This document shows positions 28,002 to 36,731 of a DNA stretch of 64,000 nucleotides, piece by piece. The notes beneath the pieces were generated by a model, which ran no database searches, was not told the origin of the DNA, and saw only the letters and a list, made by a program, of their open reading frames with translations. This DNA comes from Bacteroidota bacterium. Its GTDB lineage: Bacteria > Bacteroidota > JABWAT01. The position numbers and the translations under genes are program-made. Position 1 is the stretch's first letter. Each line of letters opens with the position of its first letter. The DNA lies in the NCBI GenBank assembly GCA_023151185.1, contig JAKLJL010000008.1, positions 15,508 to 79,507 of the forward strand, in the 5' to 3' direction.

Positions 28002-30527
28002 CTAATCTTCACGCAAAACTTCAAGTGGTTTGCTTCTGAACAGACTGCCGTTTACCAGCCACCCGATCAGAAGCATCAGCAGGGCAGTGGCCAGTACCGT
28101 ACTGCCAGTCAGTCCCCAGTCAACCGGCGCATCCAGCTCAAAAACCCATTTCAGCAACAGAAAGGCTGATCCTCCAGAAAGCAAAATCCCGGCAAGGGAA
28201 GACAGAATCCCGAGAATGACAAACTCGACCGAAAAAATACTCCTGATGGTCAGTTTGACCGCCCCAACTGTTCTTAACAGGGCAGCCTCCCTGATTCTCT
28301 GAACTTTTCCGTTGGATACGGCTCCGATGACTACAATCAACCCGGTAAAAACACAGAAAAATCCCATAAACCGGATGATGATGCTGATTTTGTCGAGAAC
28401 GGAATTGACCGTTTCGAGGATCAGGGTCAGATCAACAGCCATAATATTGGGGGCTGCCAGGATGAGGTTCCGCTGCAGACGGCTCCGGTTTTCTGCTCCG
28501 TCGGCATGAAGACTTGTAATAAAGGTCTGCGGTGCCCGTTCCAGAACCCCGGGTTTCATCACGAAAATGAAATTCGGTCTCATTCCCAGCCAGTCCACTT
28601 TACGTAAAGAGGTAACCGTAAAAGACTTTTCAATTCCCAGAATGTCAAATACCAGCGTATCACCTGGCTGAATTTTCATCCTTGAGGCAAAATCGGCATC
28701 GACTGAAAGCTCGGTCCGGTTGTCCTCCCGTCCTCTTTCCCACCAGACTCCGTTTACCACCGTTTCAGTCGGGAGCAGATCCCACCGGTACGTTACCATA
28801 TATTCTGATCTGGGCCGGAAACTGCCCGATGAATCAGGCGGAATGCGGTTTCCTGCTTTTTCGGTTCCCGCAAACCTGGCCGGCACAACCGGAAGCATTC
28901 CCGAATGCGAAAAACCTTCGGTTAGGATCAGCGAATCTGCAAGCTGTTTCTGAGACGGCTGAATGTCGAAAAAAATCAGGTTTGGCCGGCCGCCGGAATC
29001 CCCCGGTTCAATTTGTCCCAAAAGCGTCCTTTGAACCTGATACAGGGTCATGATCAGGAAAACACCGAATCCAAGTGCCAGTACCAGCGTAACCGTCTGG
29101 TTGTTTGGCCGGTACAGGTTCGAAAGCCCCTGCCGGACCACATAAGGCAATTGTCTGATACGGGCAAGACGTGCCGTCCTGACTATTCCCCAGGCCAACA
29201 GCGCCAATACGCCGAGAACGGTCAGAATCCCTGCGGTAAACAGAATACCAGCAGGAAGTGACCCGGCCTGTTCAGCCGAAACTGCAGTTACACCGGCCAG
29301 AAAAAGCAGAAAAAGCCCGGCAGAAATCCACCTGGGGCCTCCCGAAGACCGTTCTGTTCCGGCGTCCTGACGGAAGGCCTGAAGCGGGGATATAAACAAA
29401 ATCCGGCTCAGGGGAAAAAGGGCAAATAAACAGGTGATAAATAAACCGGCGCCAAATCCTCTGGCGACAGAACTCCACGAAATGAAAACGGAAATATCAA
29501 CCGGGAGAATGGACTGAAGCAGAACCGGCAGGGCAAACTGAATCCCGATTCCGGTCAACACACCGAGGGTGATTCCGGCCAGTGAAAACAGGGTTGTAAC
29601 CAGCAGGTAAACCGTGGTTACCTCGGCAGCAGTGGCACCAAGGCACCTGAGGACTGCCACGGTATCCAGTTTTTTCCGGATATAAACATGGATCGAGGAG
29701 GCCACACCGATACCGCCCAGCAGCAGGGAAATCAGGCTGACCAGTCCCAGAAAATTTCCGGTCCGGTCAATGGCATTTCCCAGCATCTGTTCCCGGTCAA
29801 TAATCCCGGAAATGGAAACAGGGCTGTTCCTGAACCGTTCAGAAAGGGCACGTGAGGTCTCCCTCAGGTTCTGAATGCCGCTTTCTTTAAGTTCTGCAAA
29901 ATATCTGACCCGGCTTCCAAACTGAATAAGGCCGGTTTCGGGAAGATACTGTTCATCAAAATATACTTTTCCTGCAGAACCGAATCCAAAACCGGTATCC
30001 CCTGGCATTTTCTTTACAAATCCGCCGATTTCGAAGAAAGTCTCCCCGATTTTAAGTGTATCTCCTGCTTTCAGGTTCAACTGAAGCCGGAGGGATTCAT
30101 CCACCACAACGGTTTTTTGTTGCTTAAATCTGGGCCAGGCAGACCGGGGTTCGGTCAGAACAGTACCATAAAACGGGAATCCGCCCGAAATTGCCCGGAC
30201 CTGTACCAGCCTGGACTCGCCGGTAACCGGGTTGAGGACCATCGATAAAAACTGGGTGACGGTACTTTTTTCCATTCCGGCGGCAGCCAGAGAATCGATA
30301 GTTCTGAGAACAGAATCAGGAAAGACAGTGGAAGAAGCAAAGGTCAGATCTGAGCCTTTCAGAACACGGGACTGCTGTTCAACCGAAGATTTCAGATTGT
30401 CGCTGAAACTGGTAATAGCCACCAGAGAGGCAACACCCAGAAAAACGGAAAAGATTAAAAAGCCTGATTTTTTCCAGTTGGACACCAGTTCCCGCCGGGT
30501 AAGATTCAAAATAAACTGTCCTCTCAT
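28002..30527 (-). CDS. FtsX-family ABC permease with duplicated FtsX modules (YbbP-like)
   Basis: 841 aa containing two extracytoplasmic-domain plus FtsX 4-TM units (..LRCLGATAAEV.. and ..LRTVGAVKLTI..). Confidence 0.88.
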   Translation of the reverse strand: MRGQFILNLTRRELVSNWKKSGFLIFSVFLGVASLVAITSFSDNLKSSVEQQSRVLKGSDLTFASSTVFPDSVLRTIDSLAAAGMEKSTVTQFLSMVLNPVTGESRLVQVRAISGGFPFYGTVLTEPRSAWPRFKQQKTVVVDESLRLQLNLKAGDTLKIGETFFEIGGFVKKMPGDTGFGFGSAGKVYFDEQYLPETGLIQFGSRVRYFAELKESGIQNLRETSRALSERFRNSPVSISGIIDREQMLGNAIDRTGNFLGLVSLISLLLGGIGVASSIHVYIRKKLDTVAVLRCLGATAAEVTTVYLLVTTLFSLAGITLGVLTGIGIQFALPVLLQSILPVDISVFISWSSVARGFGAGLFITCLFALFPLSRILFISPLQAFRQDAGTERSSGGPRWISAGLFLLFLAGVTAVSAEQAGSLPAGILFTAGILTVLGVLALLAWGIVRTARLARIRQLPYVVRQGLSNLYRPNNQTVTLVLALGFGVFLIMTLYQVQRTLLGQIEPGDSGGRPNLIFFDIQPSQKQLADSLILTEGFSHSGMLPVVPARFAGTEKAGNRIPPDSSGSFRPRSEYMVTYRWDLLPTETVVNGVWWERGREDNRTELSVDADFASRMKIQPGDTLVFDILGIEKSFTVTSLRKVDWLGMRPNFIFVMKPGVLERAPQTFITSLHADGAENRSRLQRNLILAAPNIMAVDLTLILETVNSVLDKISIIIRFMGFFCVFTGLIVVIGAVSNGKVQRIREAALLRTVGAVKLTIRSIFSVEFVILGILSSLAGILLSGGSAFLLLKWVFELDAPVDWGLTGSTVLATALLMLLIGWLVNGSLFRSKPLEVLRED

Positions 30528-31219
30528 CAGAGGGCCCTCATCCGGTCAGTCAGATGCTCATCACTGACCAGTTCGCCATCGGCAAGCCTGAGAATGCGGT
30601 CAGAATGTCCGGCCAGAAGCTGGTCGTGCGTCACCATGACGAGGGTGGTTCCGTGCTGCACATTCAGGTTTCCGAGCAGGTCGAAAATCCGGCCACCGGT
30701 CTTCTGATCCAGATTACCGGTGGGTTCATCGGCGAAAAGGATTTTGGGCGAAGTTGAAAAAGCTCTGGCCAGGGCCACCCGTTGCTGCTCTCCGCCCGAA
30801 AGCTGAGAAGGAAAATGGTTCTTTCGGGGATAAATTCCCACTTTTTCCAGCAGGTCTGCTGCTTTTGCGCCGGCATTCCGGTCTCCCAGCAGTTCCAGCG
30901 GAACCATTACATTTTCCAGGGCGGTCAGGGTGGGAATCAACTGGAAGGACTGAAAGACAAAACCAACTGTTTTGTTTCTGAAAACGGAAAGCTGGTCTTC
31001 AGTCATTCCGGTCAGGTTCTGACCGTTCAGCGATACTGATCCGGAGGAAGGGCGGTCGAGTCCCGCCAGAAGACCGAGTAAAGTTGATTTGCCCGATCCG
31101 CTGGGTCCGAGAATAGAAACAAAACTGCCCGGGGTAATTTCAAAGGAAACTTCTTTCAGGACAGTCAGGACAGAATCGCCCGACGGGTAGGTTTTGGTGA
31201 GTTTATCCGAAACAATCAT
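30527..31219 (-). CDS. ABC transporter ATP-binding protein (YbbA/LolD-like)
   Basis: Walker [10 protein letters not shown], signature [12 protein letters not shown], Walker [12 protein letters not shown] and VTHD. It overlaps the permease gene by 1 nt. Confidence 0.92.
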   Translation of the reverse strand: MIVSDKLTKTYPSGDSVLTVLKEVSFEITPGSFVSILGPSGSGKSTLLGLLAGLDRPSSGSVSLNGQNLTGMTEDQLSVFRNKTVGFVFQSFQLIPTLTALENVMVPLELLGDRNAGAKAADLLEKVGIYPRKNHFPSQLSGGEQQRVALARAFSTSPKILFADEPTGNLDQKTGGRIFDLLGNLNVQHGTTLVMVTHDQLLAGHSDRILRLADGELVSDEHLTDRMRAL

Positions 31220-31302
31220 AAAATCCTGCTAAGTGGAAAACAGGGTAAACGAAAATCGGGATGGGTTCGTTTCGGAAGCGGGGTAACAAATTGTATCAAA
31301 AC

Positions 31303-31333
31303 AAAAAAGTCCGGCAGAACCGGACTTTTTTTT
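31303..31333. terminator. bidirectional rho-independent terminator
   Basis: aaaaaa-gtccgg-cagaa-ccggac-tttttttt. It lies between the tRNA cluster (minus strand, upstream) and the ABC ATPase gene. Confidence 0.7.
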
Positions 31334-31334
31334 G

Positions 31335-31407
31335 TAGCCTGTACGGGATTCGAACCCGTGTTACCGCCGTGAAAGGGCGATGACCTAAACCCCTAGTCGA
31401 ACAGGCC
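31335..31407 (-). tRNA. tRNA-Glu (anticodon UUC)
   Basis: The reverse complement GGCCTGTTCGACTAGGGGTTTAGGTCATCGCCCTTTCACGGCGGTAACACGGGTTCGAATCCCGTACAGGCTA folds as a cloverleaf with anticodon loop CTTTCAC. No CCA is encoded. Confidence 0.93.
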
Positions 31408-31430
31408 ATAATGTCAAAACCGAAAAGAAG

Positions 31431-31505
31431 GGTGAGCAATGGGAATTGAACCCACAACCTCCAGAGCCACAATCTGGCGCTCTAACCAATTGAGCTATGC
31501 CCACC
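31431..31505 (-). tRNA. tRNA-His (anticodon GUG)
   Basis: The reverse complement is GGTGGGCATAGCTCAATTGGTTAGAGCGCCAGATTGTGGCTCTGGAGGTTGTGGGTTCAATTCCCATTGCTCACC. It has an extra 5' G(-1) opposite C73 and anticodon loop TTGTGGC. Confidence 0.93.
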
Positions 31506-31521
31506 GTTTGAGTCGTGCTCG

Positions 31522-31595
<74 letters not shown>

Positions 31596-31670
31596 AAAAG
31601 GGATTGCAAAGATAAGTAAAACAAAATTACTTGGCAAGGCCCTGAGGCTGCATAGCACATTTTTTTTAAG

Positions 31671-31745
31671 TCGGGGTGCCGAGATTCGAACTCGGGACCT
31701 CCTGCTCCCAAGGCAGGCGCGCTAACCAGGCTGCGCTACACCCCG
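31671..31745 (-). tRNA. tRNA-Pro (anticodon UGG)
   Basis: The reverse complement is CGGGGTGTAGCGCAGCCTGGTTAGCGCGCCTGCCTTGGGAGCAGGAGGTCCCGAGTTCGAATCTCGGCACCCCGA. The anticodon loop is CTTGGGA. Confidence 0.93.
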
Positions 31746-31980
31746 CTTTTTAAACGGAGCACGAAGATACGGCAAGAAAACGGTGTAGTCAATAGAAATC
31801 TTTTTAAACTTTTTATCTGTCCATAATCATTTAAGTCAAATAATAATATGTATTTGCGTGTATTTATCTGGTTTTTGCCGGGTTGCTGTAGTTATAAGTT
31901 GGTTTGACTTTGCCGGATTTCGCTCCTAACTTGCAGGGTTTTAATTGGGCATTTTACGCCCTTACCTGGTTCTGTTTGGT

Positions 31981-33684
31981 ATGTCATTTTTTAAAAAGCT
32001 TCAAAATCTCCGACTGGAAGGCGAGGAAAAACCAGAAGTGAACCCTGAGGATGATCAATTTGAAGGTGCCGACACAGCAGATCATCAGGACTGGCTTGAT
32101 GCAGGGGTAAGCAAACCCCGGCCTTACCGTCCGGCAGCCGGGGCAGATCCGGCCGGGTCAGACGATTCAGGCAGGGGACCAAGAACGGTCCGTCCGTCCT
32201 TCAGGCAGGAAAAAGAATCCAATGCGGAATTCAATAAGGCGCTTGAAGAAATTCTTTGGGTGATCAAGGAATCCGTCACCGTCAGAACGGTATCTCTGTT
32301 CTGGCTGAACCGGAACCGGAAACAGTTTATCCTGGAATCGTGTGTAACTGATTCCCCTGTGTTTACCCGGGAGGAACGGCTTGAGTTTAATGAAGACAGT
32401 TTTCTTCAGGCAGTAGCAGACTCCCGCAAGCCGGTAAGCAGAAACCGGATACCGGGAAGCGAAGTGATGAGCCGCCTTCCGTATTACTTTCAGCCGGAAA
32501 AGATTAATGCCTTTCTGGGAGTTCCGGTTTTTTTCGGGGAAGAAATCTGTGCAGTTCTTTCGGCAGACAGTCTTCGTCCGGATGCCTTTACTGCAGATGA
32601 GCTGACTTTGTTTAACCGGCTGGCCCGGTTGGTGTCGCATCTGGTTTACATCTATTCACTGAAGGATGATCTGGAATTTACCAGCCGGTACACTTCAGGG
32701 AACGGCCAGTTCCAGGAAACGCTGAAAACAACCCGGTCACCGCAGGAAGTTGTTGAAGCCCTTGCGGAATTTATACAGGGGACTTTTGAGTTTACCTGGT
32801 TTGCCTTTGCTGCATTTGACAGGGAAGGTGATCTGACGGTTCAGAAATCGGTCAGCCGGAGTGAAACACCGTATATTCCGGAAGGGACTGCGGTTTCAGT
32901 GGACCACAGTCTGGCCGGTGCAGTTATGAGATCGCTGAAGCCGATGGTTTTAAAGTCGACCGGAGCTGCTCTGGAAGGACGGTACAGGTTCAATCCGTCT
33001 GAGGAACTGACCGGAAATAACAGTCTGGTTGCGGTACCGGTTTACTCATCCAAAACCTGTTACGGCGCCATGATTCTTGAACATGAAATCAAGGGCTGGT
33101 ACACGGCTTCACACCTGCAGGCACTGGAACAAACCGGATTTCTGACCGGTCTGATTCTGGAAAACCTGTTCAGGGAAGAATTGTCGGATACCCAGAAGGT
33201 ATATGATGATGCGACCGGGGTATTTGACCGGCGGTTTTTCTTCGACCGTGTTTCGGCTGAACTGAGCCGGGCAGTCCGGGTTGGTTTTGAGCTGTGTCTG
33301 GTGGTTTTTGAGATCGACCGGTTTAAAGAACATGAAGAAAGGTACGGCCTTCTGGTTGCAGATATGGCCGGGACCCATCTGGCCAGATTGCTGAAACTGA
33401 ATCTGAGACAATATGATTACCTTGGGCGGCTCGACCGGAACCGGTTTGCAGCCCTGATGGTTCACAGTGATGCGACCAATGCCTTCCTGATTTCTGAGAA
33501 AATCAGGGAAAGCGTGGCCTCATCACCCATTCGTTTTGAACGCCTTGAACTTCCGGTGACCATCAGTATCGGAATTTCCAGACTGAACAAGGCAAAAGCA
33601 ACGGCTGACAATCTGCTGGATACTGCCATGGCTGCCCTTCAGCGGGCCCGTGAAACCGGCGGAAACAATGTCAAAACAAACTGA
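31981..33684 (+). CDS. GAF-GAF-GGDEF-domain protein with a degenerate active site
   Basis: A disordered acidic/Pro-rich N-terminus is followed by two GAF-like regions and a C-terminal GGDEF fold (..DATGVFDRRFF.. , ..VVFEIDRFKEHEERYG.. , ..ISIGIS..). The position of the GGDEF motif reads ..LGRLDRNRFAAL.. . The start is the ATG at 31981 (MSFFKKL) or the TTG at 31945. Confidence 0.82.
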   Translation: MSFFKKLQNLRLEGEEKPEVNPEDDQFEGADTADHQDWLDAGVSKPRPYRPAAGADPAGSDDSGRGPRTVRPSFRQEKESNAEFNKALEEILWVIKESVTVRTVSLFWLNRNRKQFILESCVTDSPVFTREERLEFNEDSFLQAVADSRKPVSRNRIPGSEVMSRLPYYFQPEKINAFLGVPVFFGEEICAVLSADSLRPDAFTADELTLFNRLARLVSHLVYIYSLKDDLEFTSRYTSGNGQFQETLKTTRSPQEVVEALAEFIQGTFEFTWFAFAAFDREGDLTVQKSVSRSETPYIPEGTAVSVDHSLAGAVMRSLKPMVLKSTGAALEGRYRFNPSEELTGNNSLVAVPVYSSKTCYGAMILEHEIKGWYTASHLQALEQTGFLTGLILENLFREELSDTQKVYDDATGVFDRRFFFDRVSAELSRAVRVGFELCLVVFEIDRFKEHEERYGLLVADMAGTHLARLLKLNLRQYDYLGRLDRNRFAALMVHSDATNAFLISEKIRESVASSPIRFERLELPVTISIGISRLNKAKATADNLLDTAMAALQRARETGGNNVKTN

Positions 33685-33716
33685 TGATACATTATTAACG
33701 TAAAAGGACCAAGATC

Positions 33717-33908
33717 ATGGCAAAGAACCAGTTCGCAGATAAAAACGCAAAAGCTGCATCCAAGAAAAAAATCTGCCCGGTATGCAACTCAGAAATCACT
33801 CCGATTAAAATGGTTGCTTCTTTTAAAGATGATAAATCAGGCAGCTATAAATTCGGTGAGCGGTTTCATAAAGTCTGCAAGTGCAACGAAAAAGATATTC
33901 TCGGCTGA
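33717..33908 (+). CDS. small Zn-ribbon-like protein (CxxC ... CxC), function unknown
   Basis: 63 aa with a basic N-terminus and Cys at positions 20, 23, 54 and 56 (..ICPVCNS.. and ..KVCKCNE..). It is tightly spaced (29 nt) from the next gene. Confidence 0.55.
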   Translation: MAKNQFADKNAKAASKKKICPVCNSEITPIKMVASFKDDKSGSYKFGERFHKVCKCNEKDILG

Positions 33909-33937
33909 TTGACCTGACTTATCCCATCGGATAACCC

Positions 33938-34213
33938 ATGGTAATCGGCAAAGTAATCGGAACGGTCTGGGCAACCCGGAAAGATGCCGGTCTGACCGGT
34001 ATGAAACTTCTCGTTGTCAGAAACGTTGACCTCAACTACCAACTGCAGGACAAATTCGTTGTGGCTGTCGACAGTGTCGGCGCCGGCGTCGGCGAAATTG
34101 TGCTTGTTGCCACCGGTTCGTCTGCACGGCAGACGGATATCACCAAAAACAAGCCGGTGGATGCGGTGGTAATGGCCATTGTTGATAAACTTGACGCTGA
34201 CTGGCAGCCCTAA
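33938..34213 (+). CDS. EutN/CcmL-family (BMC-P) microcompartment vertex protein, paralogue 1
   Basis: MVIGKVIGTVWATRKDAGLTGMKLLVV.. and ..VAVDSVGAGVGEIVLVATGSSARQ.. ..PVDAVVMAIVD.. . This matches the EutN/CcmL (PF03319) pattern along its whole length. Confidence 0.88.
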   Translation: MVIGKVIGTVWATRKDAGLTGMKLLVVRNVDLNYQLQDKFVVAVDSVGAGVGEIVLVATGSSARQTDITKNKPVDAVVMAIVDKLDADWQP

Positions 34214-34482
34214 TGTTTTATGCCCGGGTGATCGGATCTCTGTGGGCAACCCGTAAGGATGATCACCTGACCGGGAAAAAACTGCTGATTCTTCAGCCGC
34301 TGACGTTTGGCGGAAAGCCTTCCGGTCAACCGATTATTGCCGTGGATACGATTGGTGCCGGTGTGGGTGAACAAGTCGTGTACGTGACGAGCAGTGAAGC
34401 CGTCATTCCGATGAACGTGCCAATGGCACCGGTTGATGCCTCGGTTGTAGGCATCACTGACCGGATTGACCTGGGCAGATAA
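34213..34482 (+). CDS. EutN/CcmL-family (BMC-P) protein, divergent paralogue 2
   Basis: ..[26 protein letters not shown].. and ..[22 protein letters not shown].. ..[11 protein letters not shown].. . It has a TAATG 1-nt overlap with paralogue 1. Confidence 0.85.
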   Translation: MFYARVIGSLWATRKDDHLTGKKLLILQPLTFGGKPSGQPIIAVDTIGAGVGEQVVYVTSSEAVIPMNVPMAPVDASVVGITDRIDLGR

Positions 34483-34505
34483 TCTTTTTCGAAAAGCAGA
34501 GGACT

Positions 34506-35369
34506 ATGAGACAACTTAAAATCAGCAAACAGATTACCAACCGGGAAAGTGCTTCCCTCGACCGGTACCTGCAGGAAATCGGCCGTGTCGAACTGCTGTC
34601 GCCGGATGAGGAGATTGATCTTGCTGTCAGAATCAAAGATGGGGATCAGATTGCCCTCGAAAAGCTGACCAAGGCAAACCTCAGGTTTGTAGTCTCTGTT
34701 GCAAAACAATATCAGAATCAGGGACTGTCTTTAGGTGACCTGATCAATGAAGGAAACCTGGGTCTGATCAAAGCCGCCAAACGGTTTGATGAAACCCGGG
34801 GGTTCAAATTTATTTCCTATGCCGTCTGGTGGATCCGGCAATCTATTCTGCAGGCTCTGGCCGAGCAGTCCCGGATTGTCCGCCTGCCGCTGAACCGGGT
34901 TGGTGCCCTGAATAAAATCGGGAAGGCCTTTTCGAATCTCGAACAGGAGTTTGAACGGGAACCCAATGCCGAGGAAATCGCCGAACAACTGGATATGACC
35001 CAGTCGGATGTGGCCGAAACACTGAAAATCGCCGGCCGCCACCTTTCTGTGGATGCTCCGTTTGCCCAGGGAGAAGACAACCGCCTTCTCGATGTACTGG
35101 CCAACGACCATCAGCCATCACCCGACTCCTCACTTGAGGTTGAATCCCTGAAAATTGAAATTGAACGGGCTCTTTCTACCTTGAGTGAACGGGAAGCTGA
35201 AGTTATCCGGCTATATTTTGGCCTGAACCGGGAACACAGTCTGACTCTGGAAGAAATCGGGGAACGGTTCAGCCTCACCCGTGAACGTGTGCGGCAGATT
35301 AAGGAAAAAGCCATCCGCCGGTTGCGCCATGCGTCCCGGAGCAAGGCACTGAAGTCGTACCTCGGATGA
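34506..35369 (+). CDS. rpoD: primary-type RNA polymerase sigma-70 factor (short Bacteroidota/Chlorobi-type SigA)
   Basis: Region 2 ..[56 protein letters not shown].., region 3 ..IVRLP.N.., and region 4 ..[28 protein letters not shown].. . Length is 287 aa. Confidence 0.93.
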   Translation: MRQLKISKQITNRESASLDRYLQEIGRVELLSPDEEIDLAVRIKDGDQIALEKLTKANLRFVVSVAKQYQNQGLSLGDLINEGNLGLIKAAKRFDETRGFKFISYAVWWIRQSILQALAEQSRIVRLPLNRVGALNKIGKAFSNLEQEFEREPNAEEIAEQLDMTQSDVAETLKIAGRHLSVDAPFAQGEDNRLLDVLANDHQPSPDSSLEVESLKIEIERALSTLSEREAEVIRLYFGLNREHSLTLEEIGERFSLTRERVRQIKEKAIRRLRHASRSKALKSYLG

Positions 35370-36007
35370 AATTGAACCTGAAATGGGTAACAAAAAACCC
35401 CGTGGCCGCAAGGCTCCGGGGTTTTTCTTTTTTACTCCTGATCAGTTTTTCTCTGCTTTGGATCCTTTCCTGTCAGGGACCGCAGGGGGTAAGCCGGTAT
35501 AAGCATCCAGAAGAAAAAAGTCAGACATCCGGCGAGGAACCGCATTCCACCCGGTTTGATCCGGTTAAACCAGGCGAGGTTCGTCCTGACAGCTCAGCAG
35601 GGCAGCAGTCCCGGTTTCAGCACCCCCTCCCCGCTGACCGGGATCCCTTACTTGAATTTGTATCAGACTGGAAAGGAACCCCCTACCGGTACGGCGGGAT
35701 GTCCAGGTCGGGAACGGACTGCTCGGGATTTATGAAAAACCTGTTTTCAGCAGTTTACGGGATTACTTTACCCCGGACCAGCCGGGAACAATTTACTGCC
35801 GGACGGGAGATTTCGAGAGAAAATCTTAAAAAGGGAGATCTTGTTTTTTTTAAACTGAGACGGAACCGCCCGGTAAGTCATGTTGGGGTTTATCTCGGAA
35901 ATAACCAGTTTGCTCATGCCAGCCTGCAGATTGGGGTTACCATTGATGATCTTGACTTGCCCTATTATAAAAAATCCTGGGCCGGCGCCCGCCGTGTCCT
36001 GAACTGA
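35366..36007 (+). CDS. NlpC/P60-family cell-wall peptidase (lipoprotein)
   Basis: Lipobox ..ILSC. The catalytic region is ..[12 protein letters not shown].. ... ..[16 protein letters not shown].. . It has an ATGA overlap with the rpoD stop. Confidence 0.88.
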   Translation: MKLNLKWVTKNPVAARLRGFSFLLLISFSLLWILSCQGPQGVSRYKHPEEKSQTSGEEPHSTRFDPVKPGEVRPDSSAGQQSRFQHPLPADRDPLLEFVSDWKGTPYRYGGMSRSGTDCSGFMKNLFSAVYGITLPRTSREQFTAGREISRENLKKGDLVFFKLRRNRPVSHVGVYLGNNQFAHASLQIGVTIDDLDLPYYKKSWAGARRVLN

Positions 36008-36114
36008 TTTCTTCCTGTAATCCCTCCTGTTGTAAGGTTTAACACCGCCTTTCCGACCAAGAGTTAAACGGGAACGGGAGGCCCCCGGTTTCTGTTTAAC
36101 CTCAAGGGAGATTT

Positions 36115-36729
36115 ATGACCTGCTTCAATCAGTTAATTGTAATTGCCCTGTTGGCCGGGATATTGCAGCCGGCTATGGCAGGATCGGAGAAAAAAATGAC
36201 AGAGAAGGCAACCTTTGGTGCCGGATGTTTCTGGTGTTCCGAAGCCGTTTTTCAAAGAGTTAAAGGTGTTGAAAAAGTGGTATCAGGTTATTCTGGCGGG
36301 GCAAGGAAAAACCCGACCTACGAACAGGTTTGTTCCGGGGCAACCGGTCATGCCGAAGTTGTTGAAATCACGTTCGACCCGGCTGTGGTCAGTTTTGCCG
36401 ACCTTCTCGAGATTTTCTGGTACACCCACGACCCGACAACCCTTAACCGCCAGGGCAATGACATCGGGACCCAGTACCGGTCGGTTATTTTTTACCATTC
36501 TGAAGAACAGAGAAAGACGGCAGACTATTTCAGGCAGAAATTAAATGAAGCCCGGGTTTATCCCAATCCGATCGTGACGGAACTTTCACCTGCCGGTGAA
36601 TTCTGGCCAGCCGAAGACTACCACCAGAATTATTTCAACAACAATCCCGGGCAGGGTTACTGTCAGTTTGTAGTCAAGCCCAAAGTGGAAAAATTTAAAA
36701 AAGTCTTTCAGGCCAAATTGAAAGACTGA
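36115..36729 (+). CDS. msrA: peptide-methionine (S)-S-oxide reductase, exported form
   Basis: Signal peptide, then ..ATFGAGCFWCSEAVFQ..GV..V.SGYSGG.. and ..HAEVVEITFDP.. ..HDPTTLNRQGNDIGTQYRS.. . Confidence 0.93.
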   Translation: MTCFNQLIVIALLAGILQPAMAGSEKKMTEKATFGAGCFWCSEAVFQRVKGVEKVVSGYSGGARKNPTYEQVCSGATGHAEVVEITFDPAVVSFADLLEIFWYTHDPTTLNRQGNDIGTQYRSVIFYHSEEQRKTADYFRQKLNEARVYPNPIVTELSPAGEFWPAEDYHQNYFNNNPGQGYCQFVVKPKVEKFKKVFQAKLKD

Positions 36730-36731
36730 CC

